Part shown: one piece after another, positions 9,789 to 19,380 of the stretch
Numbering within the stretch: the first letter of the stretch is position 1
Layout: each line of letters starts with the position of its first letter
Virus record (IMG/VR): IMGVR_UViG_3300025314_001151
Source: an uncultured virus (IMG/VR IMGVR_UViG_3300025314_001151)
Taxonomy: Duplodnaviria > Heunggongvirae > Uroviricota > Caudoviricetes
DNA length: 64,000 bases
Strand: one strand, 5' to 3'
Notes under the pieces: model-generated
The model's database searches: none
What the model saw: only the letters and a program-made list of their open reading frames with translations
Told to the model about the DNA's origin: nothing
Made by a program: the position numbers and the translations under genes

Positions 9789-10865
9789 TCAAATTTCTCT
9801 TAAAGTAATTGTCCCACCTTTTACATCTATTGTTCTATCCCTTGTCACCAATCTTCCACTAACAATAGTGTATGTTTTTTGTGGAGATGGTGGGGTTGAT
9901 GTCACAGTTACAATAGATGTATTACTGGTAATATTCGATGTTGTAGCCGTTATATTTATTGTTCCGGTAGATATTGCTTTGATTAGACCTGACTCTACTG
10001 TTGCTACAGAATTATTACTACTAGTCCAAGTTAATATTGGACATTGGATTGTATTATTATTCTGATCTTTGCATATTGAAGTGAGTTGTTTTTCTGACGA
10101 TACTTGTAATGAAACATTTGTTGGAGATATTTCTATCGAAGTCAAAACTGGTGGAACTGGTGGAGTTGGTGTTGGTATTGAATCCCATATCTTTATATAT
10201 TCTATATCCATACTAGCAGGAAGTTGTGCATTGTTCGGACAACCACAATATTGAGGAGGAGTAGTACATTTACAAGTCCATGTACCAGCACCAAATATCC
10301 ATTTTCTGGTATTGAATCTTTGAGTTTGTGTTGCAACAATTTGTCCATCGATCCACCATACTAATTTTTTATTAATTGTATCGATGTCTAGCGCATAGGT
10401 ATGCCATTGGGTAATATCTAGAGTTTTACTCTCTTCATATGTGTCTCCATTGTCTCCATATTGAGTGAATGTTATTAAATTTGTATCAGATCCAGTTGTT
10501 TCAGCAAAATCAATTTCAGGAGGCCAATCTTGATTTGCAGGCCATGCAAGAGCATAGCCTATTAAGCCCTGATTTCCAGGAGGAAATCTTGCCTTTATTT
10601 CCATTCTACCATTGGTAATTTGGTATTGGACTGGAATTGTTTCTAATCCAGCACCTGTATAATTTCCTATGCCATCAGGAGCCTTTTCGCGTTTTATCAT
10701 TAGGCTTAAATAATGTGTTCCAGTAGTATTTATTACCAAATTACGTGGTAAGAAATACGAATCTGCAGGATCTTCTCCTGGAGCACCATAATCTGGACCA
10801 TCGTATTTTTCCCATATGTTTGATAATGTTGTTCCTGTAAAATGTTCGTCTAATATTAGGGTCAT
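9789..10865 (-). CDS. GH16 glycoside hydrolase with Pro linker and Big_2 Ig-like domain
   Basis: WPPEIDFAE catalytic motif, GRMEIKARFP and WHTYALD; C-terminal LTWTSSNNSVATV; no signal peptide. Confidence 0.85.
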   Translation of the reverse strand: MTLILDEHFTGTTLSNIWEKYDGPDYGAPGEDPADSYFLPRNLVINTTGTHYLSLMIKREKAPDGIGNYTGAGLETIPVQYQITNGRMEIKARFPPGNQGLIGYALAWPANQDWPPEIDFAETTGSDTNLITFTQYGDNGDTYEESKTLDITQWHTYALDIDTINKKLVWWIDGQIVATQTQRFNTRKWIFGAGTWTCKCTTPPQYCGCPNNAQLPASMDIEYIKIWDSIPTPTPPVPPVLTSIEISPTNVSLQVSSEKQLTSICKDQNNNTIQCPILTWTSSNNSVATVESGLIKAISTGTINITATTSNITSNTSIVTVTSTPPSPQKTYTIVSGRLVTRDRTIDVKGGTITLREI

Positions 10866-11003
10866 CTTTTATTCCTCTTTATTGTCATGCTATTACATTT
10901 TGTAGTCAGATTTATATTTTTTATTTATATGTATATCTTTTTTCATATTTTTTGCTTTTATTTAATTCCGACTATGCAAAGTCTTAAAGAATTTGTCTTG
11001 GAT

Positions 11004-11651
11004 CTATCTATTATAGATCCTCTTCAAATAACCATTTATATTAAATGAAAGATAGAATTTATGTTTAGAGATGTCTATTATAAAATCTTTATTTGTATGT
11101 AAAAATTCCTCTATTGACTCCATAGGACCTTCAAAATCTGTAGGATTCGGGTGGCCAGACAAGTTGGTATCTTCCACAACGATATAATTATCTTTAGTTA
11201 CTAATTTACTATATATATTTAGTTCTTTTAATACATAATCTTTATGATGGTCAGAATCTAGAATAACCATTATTTTATCATAATCATTTGTTAATATTTT
11301 AAATTGGTTGATTGTATCTTCTGATATTGATGAACCTGTGATGTATGTAATCCGTTTATGTTGAGGAAGATCTGCTTTGTGATTTGTGTTCTCTAGGTCT
11401 ATAGATACAACTTTTCCATGATTCATAAAATCACATATCGAAGCTAGAAAGAGAGTTCCTCCTCCATTTCCTGTACCAGTTTCAATGATTATATCAGGTT
11501 TTGTTTCGTATATGATTTCTTGATATATGAATAAATCCAGTGGACATTTTAGAACTTTATAACCTAGCCAAGATGTGTTACCGGACCATGTTCTGCATCC
11601 ATTAGAATAGTAGAGTCTATGAAATTGCTCTACTATATCTTTCTCTGACAT
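11004..11651 (-). CDS. CmcI (cephalosporin hydroxylase)-family methyltransferase
   Basis: KCPLDLFIYQEII..KPDIIIETG..GG, ILDSDH and VVEDT motifs. Confidence 0.9.
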   Translation of the reverse strand: MSEKDIVEQFHRLYYSNGCRTWSGNTSWLGYKVLKCPLDLFIYQEIIYETKPDIIIETGTGNGGGTLFLASICDFMNHGKVVSIDLENTNHKADLPQHKRITYITGSSISEDTINQFKILTNDYDKIMVILDSDHHKDYVLKELNIYSKLVTKDNYIVVEDTNLSGHPNPTDFEGPMESIEEFLHTNKDFIIDISKHKFYLSFNINGYLKRIYNR

Positions 11652-11702
11652 TTCGTATTCATTATAAAAAAAAAATTAAAGAAAATGATTTCTTTAATTA
11701 TT

Positions 11703-11990
11703 TCATGAAAATTTTCTCATTGAGTAAAATCTGTCTGATTGTGCTACAAGTACATTGTTGGCGGCATCATAAAGTTCTTTAATAGCAGAAAAACACGCAT
11801 CCATTTCTGCTATCTGTGTATCTGTTTTACCTAATGCAGTAGCAATGTCTGTATTTGATCTTCCTGCTCTAAATGACTGCCATTCATTATAGTTATTCAA
11901 TCCATCTGTCAAGGTGGATATTAGATCAGCTGCTTGTTGTCCTGCAATTTTAGATAGGTCTGTCCATGTTAGGTCGTCATTATATGTCAT
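11703..11990 (-). CDS. Hypothetical protein
   Basis: 95-aa ORF with strong SD GGAGGTG. Confidence 0.7.
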   Translation of the reverse strand: MTYNDDLTWTDLSKIAGQQAADLISTLTDGLNNYNEWQSFRAGRSNTDIATALGKTDTQIAEMDACFSAIKELYDAANNVLVAQSDRFYSMRKFS

Positions 11991-12063
11991 TTTTCACCTC
12001 CTTTAAATGATTAATATGATTTATGATTAATATTTATTTTGATTAATATTAATAAAAATAATA

Positions 12064-12660
12064 TTAGATGGTTAGCAACATATTAATTATATTTTTTTCA
12101 GCTATTGCTAATTTTTTTATTGCCGGTATGATATCTGAATTGGAAAACGAATTATTGTTTATACTGTTTATCATAGATATCAACTCTAATTTTGACTCAT
12201 TTATTTTGCTTACATCTTTTAAAATATCTTTTAATGAGTCCAATTCATCCTTTGATTTTAGTCCCAATGTAGTATCATTATAATCTAGAGGAGTTATTTT
12301 CATTAAATAATTTGTGCTTGCAGCTAATTCGAGTGTGTGTATATCTATAAAGATAGTGTTGGTATCATATTTATAAAAGTATGTTCCATTGTTTGAAACT
12401 ATTGGATCGGAATATATGTTAACCAAAGATAATGGATTAAGTAAAAATGTCCCATTGGTTCCTATTGTTGGATTGGAAAATACCTCTATTATCACATTAG
12501 AAGTTAGATTCGTATTGAATTTGAAATATATGATAGTATCTGAAGTAGAAACTTCAAATAAATAATATTTGGCACTTTGTAATTCATTACTAGTAAATCT
12601 ATCTTTTAATGCGAAAGTACTATCTGCTATAGTAAAGTGAAATACTTTATAAATTGGCAT
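12064..12660 (-). CDS. Putative virion-associated protein, distant paralog of 28516..29064
   Basis: Duplicated (F/Y)xxPTxxxNGT motif and ending L..xxYL.K.TP, both shared with 28516..29064. Confidence 0.55.
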   Translation of the reverse strand: MPIYKVFHFTIADSTFALKDRFTSNELQSAKYYLFEVSTSDTIIYFKFNTNLTSNVIIEVFSNPTIGTNGTFLLNPLSLVNIYSDPIVSNNGTYFYKYDTNTIFIDIHTLELAASTNYLMKITPLDYNDTTLGLKSKDELDSLKDILKDVSKINESKLELISMINSINNNSFSNSDIIPAIKKLAIAEKNIINMLLTI

Positions 12661-12859
12661 ATTATTTCATCTCTTTGTGTTATCTATTATATATTTTAGC
12701 TCAATAGAGTATAGAGCTAATTTATAAGGGGCACTAATTAGGCCAAATATCAATCATGATTGTAGTCATATTCCATGTTTCGTCAAACAAATATGTTTCC
12801 ATTTTTTAATATATTTGGACAAGTATTTGTTTCATATATTGTTTCAATACTTTTTGGTT

Positions 12860-13405
12860 TTAACGTTTTGTCAATACGATATGTATATCATTGATAACAT
12901 TGATATAATGTTTCATCGCAAAGACTCTCGCTTCTTCTGATCTGTTGGCCCATTCTGGAGAAACTTGGTACCCATAGCTGAAATCGAAGTCCGATTTTAT
13001 TAAGTATTGGTCTAGTTTATTTGCTTTGCGCCATCCATCGTTAAAGTAAAGGAAGGTTGCCTCACATATAGATCTCACATGAGTGGGGTCTTGTATAGCT
13101 CGCATGCTCGCATAGTATGGTGCTATGATTGTTGCTTTAGCTCCTTGTTTCATAATGCGATGAATTTCGTCAACGAAAGATATTAAATCCTTTACGTGTT
13201 CCACAAAATGTGAACATAAAATCTCGTCCACTGAGTTGTCCTCGAAGGGCCATGGATATGTCTCTAGGTCTTGAATGATATCTGTCGCATCAGTTTTCTC
13301 TTTATCTATCCCTACGAAGCCGTCCATTTTTATTTGACCACATGCGATGTTAACTTTGATTGGCTTGTTCTGTTTTTTGTATTGTTCTATTATTTCAATT
13401 GACAT
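12860..13405 (-). CDS. Class I SAM-dependent methyltransferase (type 11-like)
   Basis: NIACG, WPFEDNSVD, SHFVEH and DPTH motifs; probable start MSIE. Confidence 0.85.
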   Translation of the reverse strand: MSIEIIEQYKKQNKPIKVNIACGQIKMDGFVGIDKEKTDATDIIQDLETYPWPFEDNSVDEILCSHFVEHVKDLISFVDEIHRIMKQGAKATIIAPYYASMRAIQDPTHVRSICEATFLYFNDGWRKANKLDQYLIKSDFDFSYGYQVSPEWANRSEEARVFAMKHYINVINDIHIVLTKR

Positions 13406-13409
13406 AATG

Positions 13410-14204
13410 TTATTTATCCTGACCAATATCATTTTCTTTTTTGAATTCCTTGATATATTCCTTTAGTTTTTCTAGTTTGTCTTTGACCTCATGGTTTTCG
13501 AATTCTCTTATATATTCTGATTTATTTGTTATCCAAAAACTTGGTCTCATCCAAAATTGATACCCTCTTATTATTTCATCTCTACGAAATATCCATATAA
13601 ACATTGGTGCCAAACTTTGTCTATCTTTCCATGCAGACAATATGAAATAGTCAGGTATGTGGTTGTGTCTTATTGGAAAGCCCCATCCAAATGTTGTACC
13701 AGCTATTTCTAAACATCTTGCCTTATGTTGTACTTTCTGTCCTTTGTTGCAGGTCCAATCAAAGCCGGGATTATTTGGAGGAGCTTTTATATAATCTTCA
13801 AATGTTTTCATAACATAATTTTCTGCTATAAATTCGCCAAACCATTTTGAACAATCAGGATTTTCTGACATTGGCATTTGTTCTCCAGTGCTGTAACGCT
13901 TATTTCTTTTCCAATCATTTTTGTACGTTTTATAGCGATCGTTCTCATTTTCAAATCCTAATTTTTGAGCACAAGCATCTTCTCCTTCTTGTCTAACTTT
14001 AGTAGGATTCTTTAATATACCATTTTGTTGCATCCATACTATATATCTGTTTCCTGTATCAAATCTAAGATTTTTTATATCGTTCTGAAATTCTTTACAA
14101 CACGGGTGAATATAAATTCTGTTTTCTAATTTTAATTTTTTGATATTCTCTTTAATTTCCGGTATCGCATTTCTTCTTATGTTTTCTATATTTTCTTCTT
14201 TCAT
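13410..14204 (-). CDS. Putative free-standing PD-(D/E)XK-like endonuclease, paralog of 59159..59989
   Basis: E(N)...PPNNPGFDW...KxxxK restriction-fold-like pattern; HPC, KNPT, DCS and FILSAW shared with the paralog. Confidence 0.55.
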   Translation of the reverse strand: MKEENIENIRRNAIPEIKENIKKLKLENRIYIHPCCKEFQNDIKNLRFDTGNRYIVWMQQNGILKNPTKVRQEGEDACAQKLGFENENDRYKTYKNDWKRNKRYSTGEQMPMSENPDCSKWFGEFIAENYVMKTFEDYIKAPPNNPGFDWTCNKGQKVQHKARCLEIAGTTFGWGFPIRHNHIPDYFILSAWKDRQSLAPMFIWIFRRDEIIRGYQFWMRPSFWITNKSEYIREFENHEVKDKLEKLKEYIKEFKKENDIGQDK

Positions 14205-14264
14205 ATTTTCTCATTGCTCCTGAATTTTACTTTGTCTATTTCTGGTTTTCTTACTGCTCATTAT

Positions 14265-14338
14265 GGTATTTTAGGCTCTAACCTGGCCAGGTCAGAGCCG
14301 GAGCAGTGAGATCATACCATCTTATGTCGTTGCATAAG
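14265..14338 (-). promoter_or_regulatory. Conserved structured element upstream of a nuclease gene (copy A)
   Basis: Plus strand GGTATT-tta-GGCTCT-a-ACCTGG/CCAGGT-c-AGAGCC...TTGCATAAG. Confidence 0.75.
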
Positions 14339-14351
14339 TATCATGTATTAT

Positions 14352-15092
14352 TCACCATACTATATCATTCTCATAATCAAAATGTCCAACTTTGCATCTT
14401 GTATCGCATGCAAATCTGTATCCTAATCTACCAGCATCTTCAAAATATCTCAAGTCCTGCGTATAGACTTTGGTTCCCACACCAGGTCTATGTTCTTGCA
14501 GAGTCTTGAAAAATGGTCTCTGCAATTTTGGATCTTTAAACATATCGATCTTAAACAAAGTCATACCCATGCCCAAACCATTGGTCGGTTGTATAGTATC
14601 TGGTATTGGAACTTGTGGAATGAAATTTTTTGGTATTTCTTTCGGGTTTCCATATATCATTGGTTGGCCTCCAGGTCCTTTAGTCCAGTACAATGCACCA
14701 ACAGCGTCATAACCAGGATGAGTATTTATAGCTTCATATAGTTTAAGTAAACCGTCTGGTGGTGGCATATTATCATCTTCCAGAGTCAATATATATTTCC
14801 ATTTTGAAAGATCTGGATGATTCATAATCATTTCTATTGCAGAATTGTACGCATCGCCAACCTCCATTCCTATCATAAATATGCGAATGACCTTTTGGTT
14901 CATTGGCAACATCATACCCAACCAATTTTGAACCACTTTAGCAGGTATTACACCTCGAGTTGGAACTAAGATGATAGTAGACAAATCCTTGTATGAATTA
15001 CCTTGTATCAATCTATCTCTGGATTTTTCTATATCTTTGTTGTGATGTCCTTCATAGTTTTCAACAACTATTTGTGGTTTGATTTCAGCCAT
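14352..15092 (-). CDS. GT-A fold glycosyltransferase (phage-type GT2-like)
   Basis: ILVPTRG, LTLEDD, GMGMTLF and TQDLRYF...G.RFACDTRCKVGH motifs. Confidence 0.8.
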   Translation of the reverse strand: MAEIKPQIVVENYEGHHNKDIEKSRDRLIQGNSYKDLSTIILVPTRGVIPAKVVQNWLGMMLPMNQKVIRIFMIGMEVGDAYNSAIEMIMNHPDLSKWKYILTLEDDNMPPPDGLLKLYEAINTHPGYDAVGALYWTKGPGGQPMIYGNPKEIPKNFIPQVPIPDTIQPTNGLGMGMTLFKIDMFKDPKLQRPFFKTLQEHRPGVGTKVYTQDLRYFEDAGRLGYRFACDTRCKVGHFDYENDIVW

Positions 15093-15119
15093 ATTTCTCC
15101 TATCGTATTGTTTTTTATT

Positions 15120-18100
15120 TTAGAAATTCGAACTTATATTATTGAACTGTATATGTGGTATGAATCCATATAAAGCACCTGTTTTGACCAATTGAGATAA
15201 TTGGATATTTGTAGGTAATCCAGCAGTTATATTTCTCGATGATACTGATATTCCAACCCATGGAACCCATCCCATCGATGTATTTCCAGTAGTATTACCA
15301 ACTCCAATAGTCCCAGAGCGTATACCATTTCTCAGAATATCATTGTTGTACCCGTGCATAGAGAAATTTACGCTATTTCCAGAAGTATTTCCAACTATCC
15401 CAACATAATACATTGTTCGTGAGAAAGTAGGTGATGCAGACCATTCACTCGAATGAATAGTCAGAAATCGTCTTCCACTGAATAATGATGTATTGACCGA
15501 ACTTTGATTTGATCCCCATGTTGCAGCAACACTATTCAGAAGAGATAAAGTTGCGTCATTGATAGTATATATTCCAATCTTCCATGAATGAGTAAATGAT
15601 TGAGACGCATTTGAATCTGTACATGAATAATCAAGTAATGCAGTACTCACTGTCATATTTCCTGGGAATAACATTTGAGTAAAAGGTACTAATGGAAACA
15701 AGAAAAATGTTCCATTTGATGTGGCTATTACATCTAAGTCTTGATCGCCATATCCCCAATAGCTTAATGTAGGATCTGATAGAGCTGAAATTGTAACAGT
15801 AGCAGATCCTCCGTTTGTACTTTGACTCAAAGTTATATTATTTCCTCCTACAAGAACTAATCGTTGAGAAACTAATCCTGTTGTGCCTGTGGTATTACCT
15901 CCTGTTGATACGCCTGCTGAATATGAATTACCTCCAGATATTGTAAGAGTCGCTGATCCACCATTTGTTGATTGAGATAGTGTTACATTATTTCCACCTA
16001 CAAGAATCAATTGTTGGGAAACTAGGTTTGATGTTCCGCTTGTATTACCTAAGTTTGACATTCCTGCCGAATATGAATTACCTCCTGATACTGTTATTGC
16101 ATTTCCTGCCTGATTTAGAGTTATGTTATTACCGCCAACTAGAGTTAGAGTACCGCTTGATACTAGAGCTAATGTACCACTTGTATTTCCGGCAAGAGTT
16201 AGATCAAATAAATTCTGGGTTTGTGTCGATTGATTGGGTGCACTTATTGTGACAGTTGCTGACCCGTTGTTTGTAGATTGAGACAGAGTTATATTATTAC
16301 CTCCGGCCAATACTAATTGTTGAGTCGCTAATCCTGCTACAGTTGTTCCAGACGTATTTCCTCCTGTTGACACACCTGCCGAATATTGTGAAACAGTATT
16401 TGAAAATGCTGATATAGTTATTGCATTTCCTGCCTGGGATAGAGTTATATTATTACCACCAGCAAGGGTAAGAGTACCAGATGATACTAGAGCCAGAGTT
16501 CCAGTTGTATTTCCTGCGAGAGTTAAATCAAATCTATTTTGGGTTTGTTCTGTCTGATTAAATGCAGATATTGTAATAGTACCAGATTCATTAGTTGGAT
16601 CTATACTTTGAATTAAGGTAATATTATTGCCACCAACTAATATAAGTCTATCGTCAAATGTTCCTGTCGTTCCTGATGTATTACCTAAATTAGATACTCC
16701 AGCAGTAAATTCCATGGCTGATATTGTAATAGAATTATTATCTTGAGATAATGTAACAGCATTACCTCCAGCTAGAAATAATGTACCTGAAGTGATATCC
16801 GCAGTTGTACCGGATGTATTACCTATAATATTGACATCCCTTATTATGTTCTGTGTCTGTTGCGATTGATTAGAAGCAGATATCGTAATAGTAGCAGATT
16901 GTCCATTTATTGATTGGGACAGAGTTATATTATTGCCACCAGCGAATATCAATTGGTTTGCTACCGTTCCGCTTGTTCCAGATGTATTTCCACCAGTTGA
17001 TATACCTGCAGAGAATGAGCCTGCACCTACAGCGGCAGCAGAAATTGTAATAGTAGCAGATTGTCCATTTACTGATTGAGAAACAGTTATATTATCTCCT
17101 CCAGCAAATATTAACTGGTTTGCTACTGTTCCGCTTGTTCCAGATGTATTTCCACCAGTAGATATACCTGCAGAGAATGAGCCTGCACCTACAGCAGCAG
17201 CAGAAATTGTAATGGCATTGCCATTTTGTGATAAAGTGATATTATTGCCACCAGCTAAGGTCATTGTACCAGAAGTTATATCAGCAGTGGTTCCAAATGT
17301 ATTGCCAGCTATATTTACATCTCGTATTATATTCTGAGTCTGTTGGGTTTGGGTAAATGCACTTATAGTGACTGTTGCAGATCCATCATTTAAGCTTTGG
17401 CTAAGAGTTATATTGTTACCACCTACCAATACTAATTGTCGACCTGCCAATCCACTTGTTCCTGATGTATTACCTCCGGTAGATATTCCTGCCGAATATT
17501 GTGAAACAGTATTTGAAAATGCTGATATAGTTATTGCATTTCCTGCCTGAGATAGAGTTATATTATTACCACCAGCAAGGGTAAGAGTACCAGATGATAC
17601 TGGAGCAAGAGTTCCAGTTGTATTTCCTGCAAGGGTTAAATCAAATCTATTTTGAGTTTGTTCTGTCTGTGTAAAAGCAGATATTGTAAGAGTTCCTGAG
17701 CTAGCGTCATTACTTTGGCTCAGAGTTATATTATTACCACCAACAAATACAAATCTGTGAAAATCTGATACAGTACTCGTGCCAGATGTATTTCCTAAAT
17801 TAGATATTCCAAGAGACATTGGTTCATGAATTGTCTCACCTGATATTGTGATTGTGGCAGATTCATTATTTATATCTGCACTCTGGATTAACGTAATATT
17901 ATTCCCGCCAACAAATGCCAATTCTTGGTGTGCTAATCCACTTGTTCCACTCGTATTGCCAAGATTAGACATTCCTCCTGAGAATGCATGATGAGCAAAG
18001 ATAGTTAAAGTGTTTGCATTCTGGGATAATGTGATATTTTCTCCACCGGCCAAAACTAAAGTACCAGATGTTATATCAGCAGTCGTACCGCTTGTATTTC

Positions 18101-19271
18101 CTCCTATATTCACATCTCTTATTATATTCTGTGTCTGTTGAGATTGGTTAAATGCAGATATAGTAATAGTATCTTGGTCTTGAGATAAAGTTATATTGTT
18201 TCCACCTGCGAGATACGCTGTTCCAGTTGATATCAATGATAAAGTACCAGATGTATTGCCTGAAAGGCTTATTGCGTCGATCTCATGTTCTGCAGATATC
18301 GATACAGTCGCTGAACAACCATCAACACTCTGTCTCAAAGATATTTCGCCAGTACCTACAAGAACTAATCTACAATTTACAGTTCCAGTAGTACCTGATG
18401 TGTTTCCAAGATTTGAAACTCCTGCAGAAAAATTGGTAAATGTATTTTCTGCCATAGATATAGTGATTGAATTACCATCCTGTAGTAGATTAATATTATC
18501 TCCACCGGCTAGATATAGAGTACCAGATGTTATATCTGCAGTTGTTCCGCTGGTGTTACCTATTATATTGACATCTCTAATAATATTTTGTGTCTGTTCA
18601 GATTGATTAAATGCAGATACTGTAATAGTTGCTGATTGTCCATTTATTGATTGGGATAGTGTTATATTATTTCCACCAGCAAATACTAATTGATTTTCTA
18701 CAGTTCCACTAGTTCCTGATGTATTACCTCCAGTTGATATGCCTGCCGAGAATGAGCCTGCACCTACAGCAGCGGCTGATATCGTAATAGTAGCAGATTG
18801 TCCATTAATACTTTCGCTCAAAGTTACATTATTTCCTCCAGCAAATATTAGCTGCCGGGAAACTGTACCAGTAGTGCCTAATGTATTTCCTAGAGTTGAA
18901 AGTCCTGCCAAAAATGATTGATTTGCACCAGATATTGTGGCAGCATTACCTGCTTGAGAAAGAGTAATATTGTTACCGCCAGCAAGAGTCATTGTACCAC
19001 TTGATATTAAGGCCAGCACACCACTTGTATTACCAGATAATGTAATGTCAAATAAATTTTGAGTCTGTACAGATTGATCACGTGCATTTATTCTAACAGT
19101 GGCACATTCTCTATGATGTCTTTTCTCTCTCAGAGTTATGTTATGTCCACCTTTTAGTATTAATCCGTGTGATACAGTTCCAGTCTTACCTGCAGTATGA
19201 CCTAGGTCACAAACTCCTGCCAAAAAAGGTATTGTTTTCGCTATTTTGCTTTGAGGACAACGTTTGCTCAT
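15120..19271 (-). CDS. Giant repetitive fibre/adhesin-like protein (GNTSGT / GGNNITLSQ repeats)
   Basis: Many (A/V)GGNNITLSQ...TITIS units; N- and C-terminal domains shared with 19381..24936. Confidence 0.75.
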   Translation of the reverse strand: MSKRCPQSKIAKTIPFLAGVCDLGHTAGKTGTVSHGLILKGGHNITLREKRHHRECATVRINARDQSVQTQNLFDITLSGNTSGVLALISSGTMTLAGGNNITLSQAGNAATISGANQSFLAGLSTLGNTLGTTGTVSRQLIFAGGNNVTLSESINGQSATITISAAAVGAGSFSAGISTGGNTSGTSGTVENQLVFAGGNNITLSQSINGQSATITVSAFNQSEQTQNIIRDVNIIGNTSGTTADITSGTLYLAGGDNINLLQDGNSITISMAENTFTNFSAGVSNLGNTSGTTGTVNCRLVLVGTGEISLRQSVDGCSATVSISAEHEIDAISLSGNTSGTLSLISTGTAYLAGGNNITLSQDQDTITISAFNQSQQTQNIIRDVNIGGNTSGTTADITSGTLVLAGGENITLSQNANTLTIFAHHAFSGGMSNLGNTSGTSGLAHQELAFVGGNNITLIQSADINNESATITISGETIHEPMSLGISNLGNTSGTSTVSDFHRFVFVGGNNITLSQSNDASSGTLTISAFTQTEQTQNRFDLTLAGNTTGTLAPVSSGTLTLAGGNNITLSQAGNAITISAFSNTVSQYSAGISTGGNTSGTSGLAGRQLVLVGGNNITLSQSLNDGSATVTISAFTQTQQTQNIIRDVNIAGNTFGTTADITSGTMTLAGGNNITLSQNGNAITISAAAVGAGSFSAGISTGGNTSGTSGTVANQLIFAGGDNITVSQSVNGQSATITISAAAVGAGSFSAGISTGGNTSGTSGTVANQLIFAGGNNITLSQSINGQSATITISASNQSQQTQNIIRDVNIIGNTSGTTADITSGTLFLAGGNAVTLSQDNNSITISAMEFTAGVSNLGNTSGTTGTFDDRLILVGGNNITLIQSIDPTNESGTITISAFNQTEQTQNRFDLTLAGNTTGTLALVSSGTLTLAGGNNITLSQAGNAITISAFSNTVSQYSAGVSTGGNTSGTTVAGLATQQLVLAGGNNITLSQSTNNGSATVTISAPNQSTQTQNLFDLTLAGNTSGTLALVSSGTLTLVGGNNITLNQAGNAITVSGGNSYSAGMSNLGNTSGTSNLVSQQLILVGGNNVTLSQSTNGGSATLTISGGNSYSAGVSTGGNTTGTTGLVSQRLVLVGGNNITLSQSTNGGSATVTISALSDPTLSYWGYGDQDLDVIATSNGTFFLFPLVPFTQMLFPGNMTVSTALLDYSCTDSNASQSFTHSWKIGIYTINDATLSLLNSVAATWGSNQSSVNTSLFSGRRFLTIHSSEWSASPTFSRTMYYVGIVGNTSGNSVNFSMHGYNNDILRNGIRSGTIGVGNTTGNTSMGWVPWVGISVSSRNITAGLPTNIQLSQLVKTGALYGFIPHIQFNNISSNF

Positions 19272-19380
19272 ATTTATTTACCTCCAGCTATATCATATAT
19301 TGCACTATAGATTTTTACTGTCATGTTTATTCATCAACTTGCAAAACTTAGTTAATTAGAAATTTATTGTCATTATCTAT

